Assembly: GCA_029288725.1 (NCBI GenBank)
Contig: JARIGS010000024.1
Location: 1-47,809, forward strand
Direction: 5' to 3'
Origin: Candidatus Nomurabacteria bacterium
Lineage (GTDB): Bacteria; Patescibacteriota; Minisyncoccia; Phycocordibacterales; UBA9973
DNA: 47,809 nucleotides
The position numbers were made by a program, and so were the translations under genes. Below the pieces are notes generated by a model. The model worked only from the letters and a program-made list of their open reading frames with translations, did no database searches and was not told where the DNA came from. Every line of letters begins with the position of its first letter. The stretch's first letter is position 1. Shown here one piece after another: positions 38,335-46,695 of the stretch.

Positions 38335-40329
38335 ATGAAAAAAATAATTATATCAATGCTAGCAATAGCTTTCAGTATGATGTTGTTCTCAGCAACAGCA
38401 TTTGCTGACGCGAGTTTGAACTCACCGGGGGCAATGCCAACGGTTACTGTAACAAACGCAACAACCCAGCCTTGTAACTTCGGGGCTATCGATGGTTGTT
38501 GGAAATCGAGTACGACTGCAAGTCCAGGCGACATAATTGCCGTACATTTGTATTTCAAAAATACTAGTAACGAAACAGCAAACAACGTTATGTTGAGTGT
38601 TCAGCCGTCTCGTAGTGGAGCAAACGTCACCTTTAATGGTGGGGTAGCTGCAACGAACGCTCCACGTGCGACAGGCACCGCATATGCCACCCTGTCTCAG
38701 GTAACGTCTATTACTTCAATGCCTCAGTCAGGTCCGTATCAGGCAGATTGGTATCCAAGTGCAAATAGTGCACCGCAGCCAGTTGATACTGACCAGTTGT
38801 TTGGAAGCGGATTTCCTATAGGCAATCTTGCTGCAGGTCAGCAGGGAGTCCTTGTGGTTCGCTTCATGGTAAACGGTTCAAGTACTAATCCTGGTACTTG
38901 TACTATCAACAGTTTCACTGCAAACCCTTCAAACATTCAGAGTGGCGATGCAAGTACATTGTCTTGGAACACTTCTAACTGTGATTACGTAAACATCACT
39001 TCAGCAGGAAGCAACTTGGTTGCAACCGGCAGTCAGACTGTCTATCCATCAAGTACTCGTACCTACACCCTTACTGCATACCCAAGTGGCGTAACTGCGA
39101 CTACTACGGTAACAGTAGGGAATGGTGGCAATAACAACAACAGTTGTTACATCAATTCATTCTACGTTGATAGCAACAGTATCAACCAGGGCCAGACTAC
39201 GACATTGCACTGGAATACCAGTGGTGCAAACTCTGTCTACCTTACTGGATTCGGTAACGAAAACAGTAGTGGCAGCATGAGTATCAGTCCTTACCAGACC
39301 ACAACCTATACGCTTACGCTGAACGGTACTAACTGTTCAGGCGTGTCACAGTCAGCATATGTGAACGTCAATCAGGGCGGATACACTGGTGGCGGTACAT
39401 ACTACTCTCAGCCACAGGCTATTACGACAGTAGCAAGTGTCCTCGGTGGATACTCTGCTCAGCTCAACGGTATTGCGGTACCAAATACCAGCTATGGTTC
39501 TACCAATGCATGGTTCGAATACGGCAATACTAGTTCATTGGGCAATCGTACCAATGCTCAGGTAGTGAACTCATACGGTAGTTATCCATATAGTGATACC
39601 ATCAGCGGACTTGTTCCTGGTGCAACGTATTACTATCGTGCAGTAGTGCAAAACCAGGGTGGTCTTGCCTACGGTAGCGTTGTGTCATTCCGTACTACGG
39701 CAAACACCACTACCTATACGCCACCAACACGCGTGATCGTGCAGTCACAGACTGTCACTCGTTCTGCGAACACCGGCTTGGTAGCAAAGAGCCAGCCATC
39801 ACTCTTCAAGCTTGAAGTTGATAGTAACTTTGATCACATGTGTATCGGCGGAGACGTTGATTACACTGTGAACTACCAGAACATCAGTACTCAGGTATTG
39901 CAGAACAGTGTGCTCCGCATTACCTTCCCTGGTGAGCTAACCTACGAGACAAGTTCTCGTGGTGACTATGATGTCACTGATCGTACCCTCACTATCGCTC
40001 TTGGCGATGTGCAGCCAGGTGAACAGGGCAGTGTTACCGTACACGCTCAGGTGAACAACCAGGCAGTACAGGGCAAGCTTGCTGTGATCACTGCAACGAT
40101 GGTGTACACCAACCCTGTCTCTCACGCTCAGGAAAACGCAATCGCGTACTCTTTGATCACAGTCTCAAATGACTGTCCAACAGTACTCGGTGCAAGTGTC
40201 TTCGGATTTGGATCATTCCTTCCACAGACATTGCTTGAATGGCTTCTACTCATCCTCGTCATTCTTGCACTCATTGTCCTCGCTCGAACCCTCTCTAAGA
40301 AGAAGGAAGAGCCCGCAAAGACTGCGTAA
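38335..40329 (+). CDS. Surface-anchored adhesin-like protein (CARDB/DUF11-like, tandem Ig-like and FN3-like modules, C-terminal TM anchor)
   Basis: Signal MKKIIISMLAIAFSMMLFSATAFA. Tandem modules CTINSFTANPSNIQSGDASTLSWNTSNCDYVNIT and CYINSFYVDSNSINQGQTTTLHWNTSGANSVYLT. DUF11-like TLTIALGDVQPGEQGSVTVHAQV. C-terminal helix LLEWLLLILVILALIVLA followed by KKKEE. Confidence 0.7.
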   Translation: MKKIIISMLAIAFSMMLFSATAFADASLNSPGAMPTVTVTNATTQPCNFGAIDGCWKSSTTASPGDIIAVHLYFKNTSNETANNVMLSVQPSRSGANVTFNGGVAATNAPRATGTAYATLSQVTSITSMPQSGPYQADWYPSANSAPQPVDTDQLFGSGFPIGNLAAGQQGVLVVRFMVNGSSTNPGTCTINSFTANPSNIQSGDASTLSWNTSNCDYVNITSAGSNLVATGSQTVYPSSTRTYTLTAYPSGVTATTTVTVGNGGNNNNSCYINSFYVDSNSINQGQTTTLHWNTSGANSVYLTGFGNENSSGSMSISPYQTTTYTLTLNGTNCSGVSQSAYVNVNQGGYTGGGTYYSQPQAITTVASVLGGYSAQLNGIAVPNTSYGSTNAWFEYGNTSSLGNRTNAQVVNSYGSYPYSDTISGLVPGATYYYRAVVQNQGGLAYGSVVSFRTTANTTTYTPPTRVIVQSQTVTRSANTGLVAKSQPSLFKLEVDSNFDHMCIGGDVDYTVNYQNISTQVLQNSVLRITFPGELTYETSSRGDYDVTDRTLTIALGDVQPGEQGSVTVHAQVNNQAVQGKLAVITATMVYTNPVSHAQENAIAYSLITVSNDCPTVLGASVFGFGSFLPQTLLEWLLLILVILALIVLARTLSKKKEEPAKTA

Positions 40330-40348
40330 TTGAACACGCATTCGTACC

Positions 40349-40379
40349 AAAAGGCCGACCACGTAGTGGTCGGCCTTTT
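40349..40379 (+). terminator. Intrinsic terminator
   Basis: AAAAGGCCGACCA-cgtag-TGGTCGGCCTTTT, a 13-bp stem. Confidence 0.7.
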
Positions 40380-40380
40380 G

Positions 40381-40389
40381 TGCTAAAAT
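40381..40389 (+). promoter_or_regulatory. Extended -10 box TGcTAAAAT, 6 nt before tsaE ATG 40396
   Basis: TGCTAAAAT-cactct-ATG. Confidence 0.45.
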
Positions 40390-40395
40390 CACTCT

Positions 40396-40827
40396 ATGGA
40401 ACGCACCTATATCGAATCCGACACAGCCGCAATAGCCAAGGAAATCCTTAGTCTACTTGCTCCAAATAATGCAGGGGCAACGGTGGTGGCCGTTGAGGGG
40501 GATTTGGGAGCGGGCAAAACTACCTTAACCAAGGCATTGGCACACGAGCTTGGTGTAGCCGAGACAGTCGTTAGTCCAACCTTTGTCATTGCGAAATTCT
40601 ATCCTACCAACCATGCCTCATTTGATACACTCGTGCATATGGACGCATACCGAATCGAATCATTGGATGAACTCGGTCCTTTGGGTTGGGAGACGGTACT
40701 ACAGCAGCCCCGCACGCTCGTGATCGTTGAATGGCCTGAAAAAATTAGCGACGCAATTCCTGAAGATCACTACCATTTTGCCATTTCCCATGATGGTGAC
40801 CAACGCAGCATTAGCCGGAAAAAATAG
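40396..40827 (+). CDS. tsaE: tRNA t6A37 biosynthesis ATPase TsaE (YjeE)
   Basis: GDLGAGKTTLTKALAHELG and VVSPTFVI motifs. Confidence 0.85.
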   Translation: MERTYIESDTAAIAKEILSLLAPNNAGATVVAVEGDLGAGKTTLTKALAHELGVAETVVSPTFVIAKFYPTNHASFDTLVHMDAYRIESLDELGPLGWETVLQQPRTLVIVEWPEKISDAIPEDHYHFAISHDGDQRSISRKK

Positions 40828-40828
40828 T

Positions 40829-43183
40829 ATGAAAAAAACCACTACCAAAAAAACAGTCGTTCTCCTCGACTCACATGCCATCATTCACCGTGCCTATCAT
40901 GCGTTGCCGAGCTTTGCGAATAGTGAGGGCGTACCAACTGGTGCACTCTATGGATTGCTCTCGATGATCATTCGCATCATCGAAGAATTGAAGCCGGATT
41001 ACATTGTGGCCGCATACGACTTGCCCAAGCCAACCTTCCGTCATCACGCCTATGAGCAGTACAAGGCTGGTCGGGTAAAGGCCGAGGATGACCTCGTAAA
41101 GCAGATCATCACTTCACGCGAGGTCTTTGCCGCGCTCGGTATCCCTGTGCTCGATGCAGAAGGATTTGAAGCCGATGATGTCATCGGTACATTGGTGGGG
41201 AAATTAAAAACAATTGATGATGTTGCAATCGTCATTGCCTCTGGTGACATGGACACCCTCCAGCTCGTTGACGGTCAGAAAGTCCAGGTCTTTACCCTTA
41301 AGAAGGGCATTACCGATACCATTCTCTATGATGAGGCAGCAGTGAAGGAGCGTTACGGATTCAGCCCATTGCAGCTCATTGACTACAAGGGCTTGCGCGG
41401 CGATCCATCCGACAACATCATCGGCGTGCCCGGCATTGGCGAAAAGACTGCCACCACCATCATTCAGGAATTCGGTTCAATCGAAAAGCTCTATGCTGCA
41501 CTGGAGAAGGATCCTGCCAATGGCAAAAAGGCCGGTCTGACTGACCGTATCGTGAAGATCCTACTTGACCACAAGGACGACGCGTTCTTTTCAAAGACCC
41601 TGGCAACCATTCGCTTCGATGCACCGATCGTCTACGAATTACCGGAAAAGACATTTGCAGAAAGTGTGAACGAGGAGGCAGTACTCGGCCTCATCGCTAA
41701 ATACGAATTCTCCAGTCTTATCGCACGAGCCAAGCGGGTGTTCCATTTTGATACTGTTCAGCCGACTGAAGATATTGACCCTGATATGCTGCGTAGGGCT
41801 TCTATTGGTTTGTGGGTACTGTCTTCGGAACATACCAATCCGACCTATGAGCAGATCCTTGAGCGTACTCACAAAAAGACCCTGGCTGAAGCCATGACCA
41901 CCATTCAAGAGGAATTGCAGCGACGCGAACTGTTGCCGTTGTTTGAAACCATAGAGGAACCGCTTATTCCCATCATTGCTGAAATGGAACACTTCGGCAT
42001 CATGATTGACCAGGATTATTTCCGTACCCTGCAGGCACGCATGAAGGAACAGTTGGCCACTATCGAAAAAAGCATTACCGAGCAGACGGGGGTGACTATT
42101 AACCTGAACTCACCAAAGCAGATGTCTGAATTACTATTTACCACTCTTGGTCTTGCGCCAAAAGGCAAGCAGAAGGCCAGTGGTGCCTACACCACCAACG
42201 CCGAACAGTTGGAGGAACTGCGTGACGCCCATCCGATCATTCCGATGATTTTGGAATACCGTGAAGTTCAGAAACTCCTCACCACCTATGTCGAGGCATT
42301 ATTGGGGCATGTCAAAGAAGATGGGCGCGTGCACGCAACCTTTTTGCAGCACGGCACGACGACTGGACGATTTTCATCCACCAATCCCAATCTTCAAAAC
42401 ATTCCTATCAAGGGAAATTCCGGCAAGGAAATCCGTCATGGCTTTATTGCCGCACCGGGTAATGTCTACATCGGCAGTGACTACTCACAGATAGAGCTCC
42501 GTGTCCTCGCCATGCTGTCAGGAGACGAGCAGCTGATAGAGACGTTTCGCAAGGGGGAGGACATTCACATGTCAGTGGCATCAGCGATGTTCCACGTGCC
42601 GTTTGATGAGGTTACCAATGACATGCGCCGCAAGGCCAAGGTCATTAACTTCGGCATTCTCTATGGTATGGGTATTACTGCCCTGCAGAAAAATCTCGGC
42701 ACGACCCGTGCCGAGGCTCAGGCGTTTTACAACAGTTATTTCGAGGCCTTTCCCAAGATTCATGACTATCTGGAATCAACCAAGGAATATGCAAAAAAGC
42801 ACGGCTACACCGAAACGCTGTTCGGTCGCCGTCGCTATTTCCCCGGTATCAATGCCAGTGCGCCATTTCTTCGTGCTATGGCAGAACGCATGGCGACCAA
42901 TGCGCCCATTCAGGGCACCAATGCCGATATCGTGAAGATTGCCATTAAGCTTATTGATGATGACCTTCGTGTGGCCAAACTTATCGATAAGGTTCACCTT
43001 GTTTTGCAAATCCATGACGAATTGGTGTACGAAGTAGAGGAGAGCGCACAGGCTAAGGCCGAAGCCATTATTAAAAACGCCATGAATAATGTCTTTGATC
43101 GCGCCCCATTTCTTGTGACGGCGCCACTTGTGCCACTGGCGGTATCAATCGGCACCGGCAAGCGATTGGACGATTTGAAATAA
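40829..43183 (+). CDS. polA: DNA polymerase I
   Basis: 5'-3' exonuclease N-terminus (LLDSHAIIHRAYHA, GDPSDNIIGVPGIGEKTA). Polymerase motifs A DYSQIELRVLA, B RRKAKVINFGILYGM, and C QIHDELVYE. The ATG lies 1 nt after the tsaE stop. Confidence 0.92.
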   Translation: MKKTTTKKTVVLLDSHAIIHRAYHALPSFANSEGVPTGALYGLLSMIIRIIEELKPDYIVAAYDLPKPTFRHHAYEQYKAGRVKAEDDLVKQIITSREVFAALGIPVLDAEGFEADDVIGTLVGKLKTIDDVAIVIASGDMDTLQLVDGQKVQVFTLKKGITDTILYDEAAVKERYGFSPLQLIDYKGLRGDPSDNIIGVPGIGEKTATTIIQEFGSIEKLYAALEKDPANGKKAGLTDRIVKILLDHKDDAFFSKTLATIRFDAPIVYELPEKTFAESVNEEAVLGLIAKYEFSSLIARAKRVFHFDTVQPTEDIDPDMLRRASIGLWVLSSEHTNPTYEQILERTHKKTLAEAMTTIQEELQRRELLPLFETIEEPLIPIIAEMEHFGIMIDQDYFRTLQARMKEQLATIEKSITEQTGVTINLNSPKQMSELLFTTLGLAPKGKQKASGAYTTNAEQLEELRDAHPIIPMILEYREVQKLLTTYVEALLGHVKEDGRVHATFLQHGTTTGRFSSTNPNLQNIPIKGNSGKEIRHGFIAAPGNVYIGSDYSQIELRVLAMLSGDEQLIETFRKGEDIHMSVASAMFHVPFDEVTNDMRRKAKVINFGILYGMGITALQKNLGTTRAEAQAFYNSYFEAFPKIHDYLESTKEYAKKHGYTETLFGRRRYFPGINASAPFLRAMAERMATNAPIQGTNADIVKIAIKLIDDDLRVAKLIDKVHLVLQIHDELVYEVEESAQAKAEAIIKNAMNNVFDRAPFLVTAPLVPLAVSIGTGKRLDDLK

Positions 43184-43188
43184 CCATT

Positions 43189-43194
43189 TAGAAT
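43189..43194 (+). promoter_or_regulatory. -10 box TAGAAT, 6 nt before ATG 43201
   Basis: TAGAAT-aaacat-ATG. Confidence 0.4.
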
Positions 43195-43200
43195 AAACAT

Positions 43201-43638
43201 ATGGAAACAAAATCCTCAATACACCTGACCCTGGCTCATTCCTACCTTTCCTATTTTATTTTCAGCGTGGTTGGCCTGTTGGCAGACAGCTTCTTTTCAT
43301 TTGAGGCGCCGTTACCACATGGTCAATGGATTGCCATAGTGTGCTTCATCCTCGGACCAATGCTCATCTGGTGGGCCCAGTATACTTCCGCCGTTAAGTC
43401 CGACAAGCCGTATTTTGAACGCGGACCATACTGTCTGATGAGAAACCCGACCCATATCGGTATTATGATCCTCGTGGCAGGATACACCGCAATCAGCGGA
43501 TCAATTATTTTCCTAGCCGTAACTATTGTTGGCTATCTGGTTTCAAATGTCTTTTTCAAAAAATACGAATCATTGCTCCATATAAAATACGGTGACCTTT
43601 ATAAGAAATATAAGGCCAAGGTGCCAAAAATTTTCTAA
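43201..43638 (+). CDS. ICMT/PEMT-family membrane methyltransferase-like protein
   Basis: Four hydrophobic helices, and GPYCLMRNPTHIGIMI resembling the G-x-Y-x-x-x-R-H-P-x-Y-x-G motif. Confidence 0.55.
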   Translation: METKSSIHLTLAHSYLSYFIFSVVGLLADSFFSFEAPLPHGQWIAIVCFILGPMLIWWAQYTSAVKSDKPYFERGPYCLMRNPTHIGIMILVAGYTAISGSIIFLAVTIVGYLVSNVFFKKYESLLHIKYGDLYKKYKAKVPKIF

Positions 43639-44264
43639 TGCTTACTATTGTTGTTGCCGATACTAAACCGTTTCGCAGTAGTCGCATTGGTGATGTGATG
43701 AAACAGCACAGCGGGGGAGAGGTCATCATCATTGATGACACCCTCGCCACTATCGCTGACCTTGAGCAGTATCTCTATCCGTCACTCTTCACATTCGGTA
43801 CCCCGATTGTGCATATGCGTTTCATGCTCGAGGCGCGAGAGAAGGACCTTACACCAACGTTGGTGAAAAAACTCCTTGCCAGTCCCACAATGTTTCTTTT
43901 TGAGGAATTGTCACTTTCGAAATCACTGCTGACGAGTATGAAAAAACTCGGGGCTGATATCCACGAACAGGCTTCTACCAGCAATGCTTCGGCCAAGAGC
44001 AATCTCTTTGGCGTGACGTCACTCATTACTATGCGAAATAAAAAAGACCGCTGGCTAGCCTATCAGCAGGCAATCTCTCACTATCCGATCGAAGCAATTC
44101 TCGGCATGCTGTATTGGAAGATCCGCGACATGGCCATCAAGGAAAAGGATTCCCAGGGAACATATCATACCCTCTACACCGCCATGCTCGTTGCTCATGC
44201 CCAGGCATGGCAGCAGGGTACGCCGTTGGCACTCGCCATAGAGAAAGTGCTGCTTACCCACTAG
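43638..44264 (+). CDS. Hypothetical protein (weak resemblance to DNA polymerase III delta/HolA)
   Basis: 208 aa, TAATG-coupled to the upstream gene. A ...LYPSLF... segment and a C-terminal helical region are vaguely HolA-like. Not secure. Confidence 0.5.
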   Translation: MLTIVVADTKPFRSSRIGDVMKQHSGGEVIIIDDTLATIADLEQYLYPSLFTFGTPIVHMRFMLEAREKDLTPTLVKKLLASPTMFLFEELSLSKSLLTSMKKLGADIHEQASTSNASAKSNLFGVTSLITMRNKKDRWLAYQQAISHYPIEAILGMLYWKIRDMAIKEKDSQGTYHTLYTAMLVAHAQAWQQGTPLALAIEKVLLTH

Positions 44265-44281
44265 CTGGTATACCAAAAAAT

Positions 44282-44304
44282 AAAGACCCTTTAGGAGGGT
44301 CTTT
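44282..44304. terminator. Bidirectional intrinsic terminator
   Basis: AAAGACCCT-ttagg-AGGGTCTTT, flanked by A7 and T-rich tracts. Confidence 0.6.
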
Positions 44305-44434
44305 TATGATTGAGGAAGGTATTATTAAGATTTGTTTTTTTTGAAAGATCTTTCGGAGAGGAACAGTTTGTAGTGGCACGCACTGATGAGGTGTATAAGC
44401 CGGAAGATCACTTAGCTATAGTGTAGTAACAAAC

Positions 44435-44959
44435 CTATGCCTTCGCAACGTCACTGTGGGGATAACGCATTGCGAGGACGGTAATGAGTATCCCTGAAAG
44501 CAATACCACGGCAGACATGAAAGGAATGGTCACAAAGCCAAATTGGGACACATAGACATTCAGACAGCTTACACCGCTGGTACCGCAGACATCGATGCCG
44601 CTTTGGGGGAAGATGCTAATGTAGTTATGGAACAATGCGATAAGGAAACCGGCGCTGCTGAGCAGAAGGATTTGGCGCTGCAAGAGCTTGCTTTTGCGAA
44701 GATCGTCAGTGAAGAGCAGAATGGCGATAGGGAAAATGCAGAGGCGCTGGTACCAGCAAAGCAGGCATGGCGCATAGTCGAAGTAATTTGAATAGATCAA
44801 ACTGCCGATTACTGCTCCGGCAAAGACGATGCGAAGGATGATGCCAGCATGATCTGCCACCCATCCGGCAATAGGGTTGTCGGTAAGCCATGCGACGACA
44901 AGAATAATAAGAGCGACAAGGAGGATAAGAGTGCCAATGGCAACAATAAGGTCAAACAT
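44435..44959 (-). CDS. DsbB/BdbC-family disulfide bond formation protein
   Basis: Four or more TM helices, CLLCWYQR motif, and a second cysteine pair CGTSGVSC. Confidence 0.8.
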   Translation of the reverse strand: MFDLIVAIGTLILLVALIILVVAWLTDNPIAGWVADHAGIILRIVFAGAVIGSLIYSNYFDYAPCLLCWYQRLCIFPIAILLFTDDLRKSKLLQRQILLLSSAGFLIALFHNYISIFPQSGIDVCGTSGVSCLNVYVSQFGFVTIPFMSAVVLLSGILITVLAMRYPHSDVAKA

Positions 44960-44973
44960 ATGAGAATAGAAGA

Positions 44974-45354
44974 TTAATTGGTTGGTGCAACGCAGCCAGT
45001 CTTTGCTGCAAGCTGGGCAAAGGTGTGTTCACCGGTTTCGCGAGTGCCATCAGGGAAGACCCAGGTTGGGTAACCGGTAATGTTGAGACTGTTGCAGAGG
45101 TCATTCTGTTTCTGGTCCTTAGTCTGGCATTCTACATAAGGAAGTAGCTTTTCTGACTTGCCGAACAGTGCCTTCTGAGCCTGGCAGTGTGGACACCACC
45201 AGGCACCGTAGAACTTCGTACCGCTGTCGGTGATGCACTGCGCGAAGCTGTCGTACTTGCCTGGCTTCTTTGCTTCAACTACCAATAATGCAACGATTGC
45301 ACCGATAACAACGACGGTAACAATGATCCATATCCATGTATTTTTTTTCTTCAT
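44974..45354 (-). CDS. Membrane-anchored thioredoxin-fold oxidoreductase (VKOR-partner-type Trx-like domain)
   Basis: TM anchor WIWIIVTVVVIGAIVALLVV. FYGAWWCPHCQAQKALFG ... PYVEC ... GYPTW. ATG 45354 is preferred over the 31-codon extension. Confidence 0.75.
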   Translation of the reverse strand: MKKKNTWIWIIVTVVVIGAIVALLVVEAKKPGKYDSFAQCITDSGTKFYGAWWCPHCQAQKALFGKSEKLLPYVECQTKDQKQNDLCNSLNITGYPTWVFPDGTRETGEHTFAQLAAKTGCVAPTN

Positions 45355-45361
45355 ATACGTA

Positions 45362-45802
45362 TTACCGTACCGCGCGCAGGCATTTTCTGCAAGTACCAAC
45401 AAAGGCCAGTTGGTGACTGTAAATCTTCTTGAACAGACGAGAGACATTTATGGCTTGCTGATCAAGGCTTTTTATACAGAAGGGAATTGTTTCGACGGTA
45501 TTGCACGAATCGCACATAATGTGGTGTACATGGATCTTTGGTCGATTAAGCTCATAGAGCGCCTTTTTCTTGTCAGCGGTAATAGCCTGGACGAGCTCCG
45601 CCTCGACAAATGCATTAAGGGCACGATACAGCGTGGCCAGGTCGGCACCAAGCTTTTTAGTCTTGCGTTGCAGCGTGGAAACAGGGAGAGGGGCAGGGGA
45701 AATCGAGAGGATTTCCAATAACAGCAATCGTAACGGCGTCTTCTTGAAACCGTGCTCCTCAAGCAGAGCGGCTGCGTCAACTGGTTGCATTTGCTTCTTC
45801 AT
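45362..45802 (-). CDS. Fur-family metalloregulator, probably Zur
   Basis: Winged-helix N-terminus (TPLRLLLLEIL...TLYRALNAFVEAELV), HVHHIMCDSCN, and a C-terminal CRKC. It is divergent from a ZIP transporter gene. Confidence 0.8.
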   Translation of the reverse strand: MKKQMQPVDAAALLEEHGFKKTPLRLLLLEILSISPAPLPVSTLQRKTKKLGADLATLYRALNAFVEAELVQAITADKKKALYELNRPKIHVHHIMCDSCNTVETIPFCIKSLDQQAINVSRLFKKIYSHQLAFVGTCRKCLRAVR

Positions 45803-45820
45803 ATCTGTAGTATATACAAA

Positions 45821-45835
45821 TGCAAATGATTTGCA
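45821..45835. promoter_or_regulatory. Perfect 7-1-7 palindrome TGCAAAT-G-ATTTGCA, candidate Fur/Zur box
   Basis: It lies between the -10 box of the regulator gene (45809-45814, minus strand) and that of the ZIP gene (45858-45863). It extends to 12-1-12 with one mismatch (45816-45840). Confidence 0.55.
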
Positions 45836-45869
45836 ATTGTCAGGATATCAGTTATAGTACAATAAAAAC

Positions 45870-46610
45870 ATGGTAATACTTATTAGCATTTTCGCATTCA
45901 TCGCAACACTCCTTGGAGGATTGTTCGCAATACGTTTCAAGGACAAGCTGCACTTGATCCTCGGCTTTAGTGCCGGTGCCGTATTGGGGGTGGCATTTTT
46001 TGATCTGATGCCAGAAGCACTGGGGCTGGGCAGTCAGCACTATGGTTTTACCAATATGATTGCATTTGTGGCAGCGGGATTTTTATTCTTCATGCTGCTT
46101 GATCGCTTTGTTATTCTTCATGCCCATTACACAATGCATGATCATGATGCCGTAGAGCCCGCTACTGCCACTACTGTCCGAGGGAAATTGGGCGCAACGA
46201 GTCTGTCTCTTCACAGCTTTCTTGATGGTGCCGCTATTGGCTTGGCATTCAAGGTATCACTAGCAGTCGGTATTGTAGTAACCACTGCAGTATTGGTGCA
46301 TGATTTTTCTGATGGTATCAATACCGTAAATATTGTGCTGAAAAATAAGGGCATGCGTGGCGAGGCATTGAAGTGGCTATTCATTGATGCACTGGCACCA
46401 GTCCTCGGCGCTGCGTCAACACTATTCTTCACCGTTCCTGAATCTACGCTTGGTCTTATATTGGCATTATTTTCCGGATTCTTTTTGTACATCGGTGCCA
46501 GCGACTTACTCCCTGAAAGTTATCATAGTCATCCGACCAAATGGACAACAGTAATGACCGTTGTTGGGGCAGGAGTGCTTTTTCTCGCAATACGTTTGGC
46601 AGGGGTATAA
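45870..46610 (+). CDS. zupT: ZIP-family divalent metal (zinc) transporter
   Basis: About 8 TM helices. HSFLDGAAIGLAF and HDFSDGINTV motifs. Confidence 0.85.
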   Translation: MVILISIFAFIATLLGGLFAIRFKDKLHLILGFSAGAVLGVAFFDLMPEALGLGSQHYGFTNMIAFVAAGFLFFMLLDRFVILHAHYTMHDHDAVEPATATTVRGKLGATSLSLHSFLDGAAIGLAFKVSLAVGIVVTTAVLVHDFSDGINTVNIVLKNKGMRGEALKWLFIDALAPVLGAASTLFFTVPESTLGLILALFSGFFLYIGASDLLPESYHSHPTKWTTVMTVVGAGVLFLAIRLAGV

Positions 46611-46623
46611 TATCCAACGCTCA

Positions 46624-46651
46624 TTGACTTTTTTAAATATTGTGATATTTT
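46624..46651 (+). promoter_or_regulatory. Canonical sigma70-type promoter (-35 TTGACT, 16-nt spacer, TGaTATTTT)
   Basis: It shares the 12-mer TTGACTTTTTTA with the promoter at 38265. The leader to ATG 46696 is about 40 nt. Confidence 0.45.
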
Positions 46652-46695
46652 GAATAAAAATCATATTCATTCACACATAATAAAAAAACGTAAAA

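Noticed and set aside
40727-40828. 34-codon N-terminal extension of polA overlapping tsaE
   Set aside because: ATG 40829 lies 1 nt after the tsaE stop, and the 5'-nuclease domain starts there. The extension is out of frame relative to tsaE and has no features.
45230-45721. 163-aa plus-strand ORF
   Set aside because: It lies antisense to the thioredoxin-like and Fur-family genes, both of which have clear motifs.
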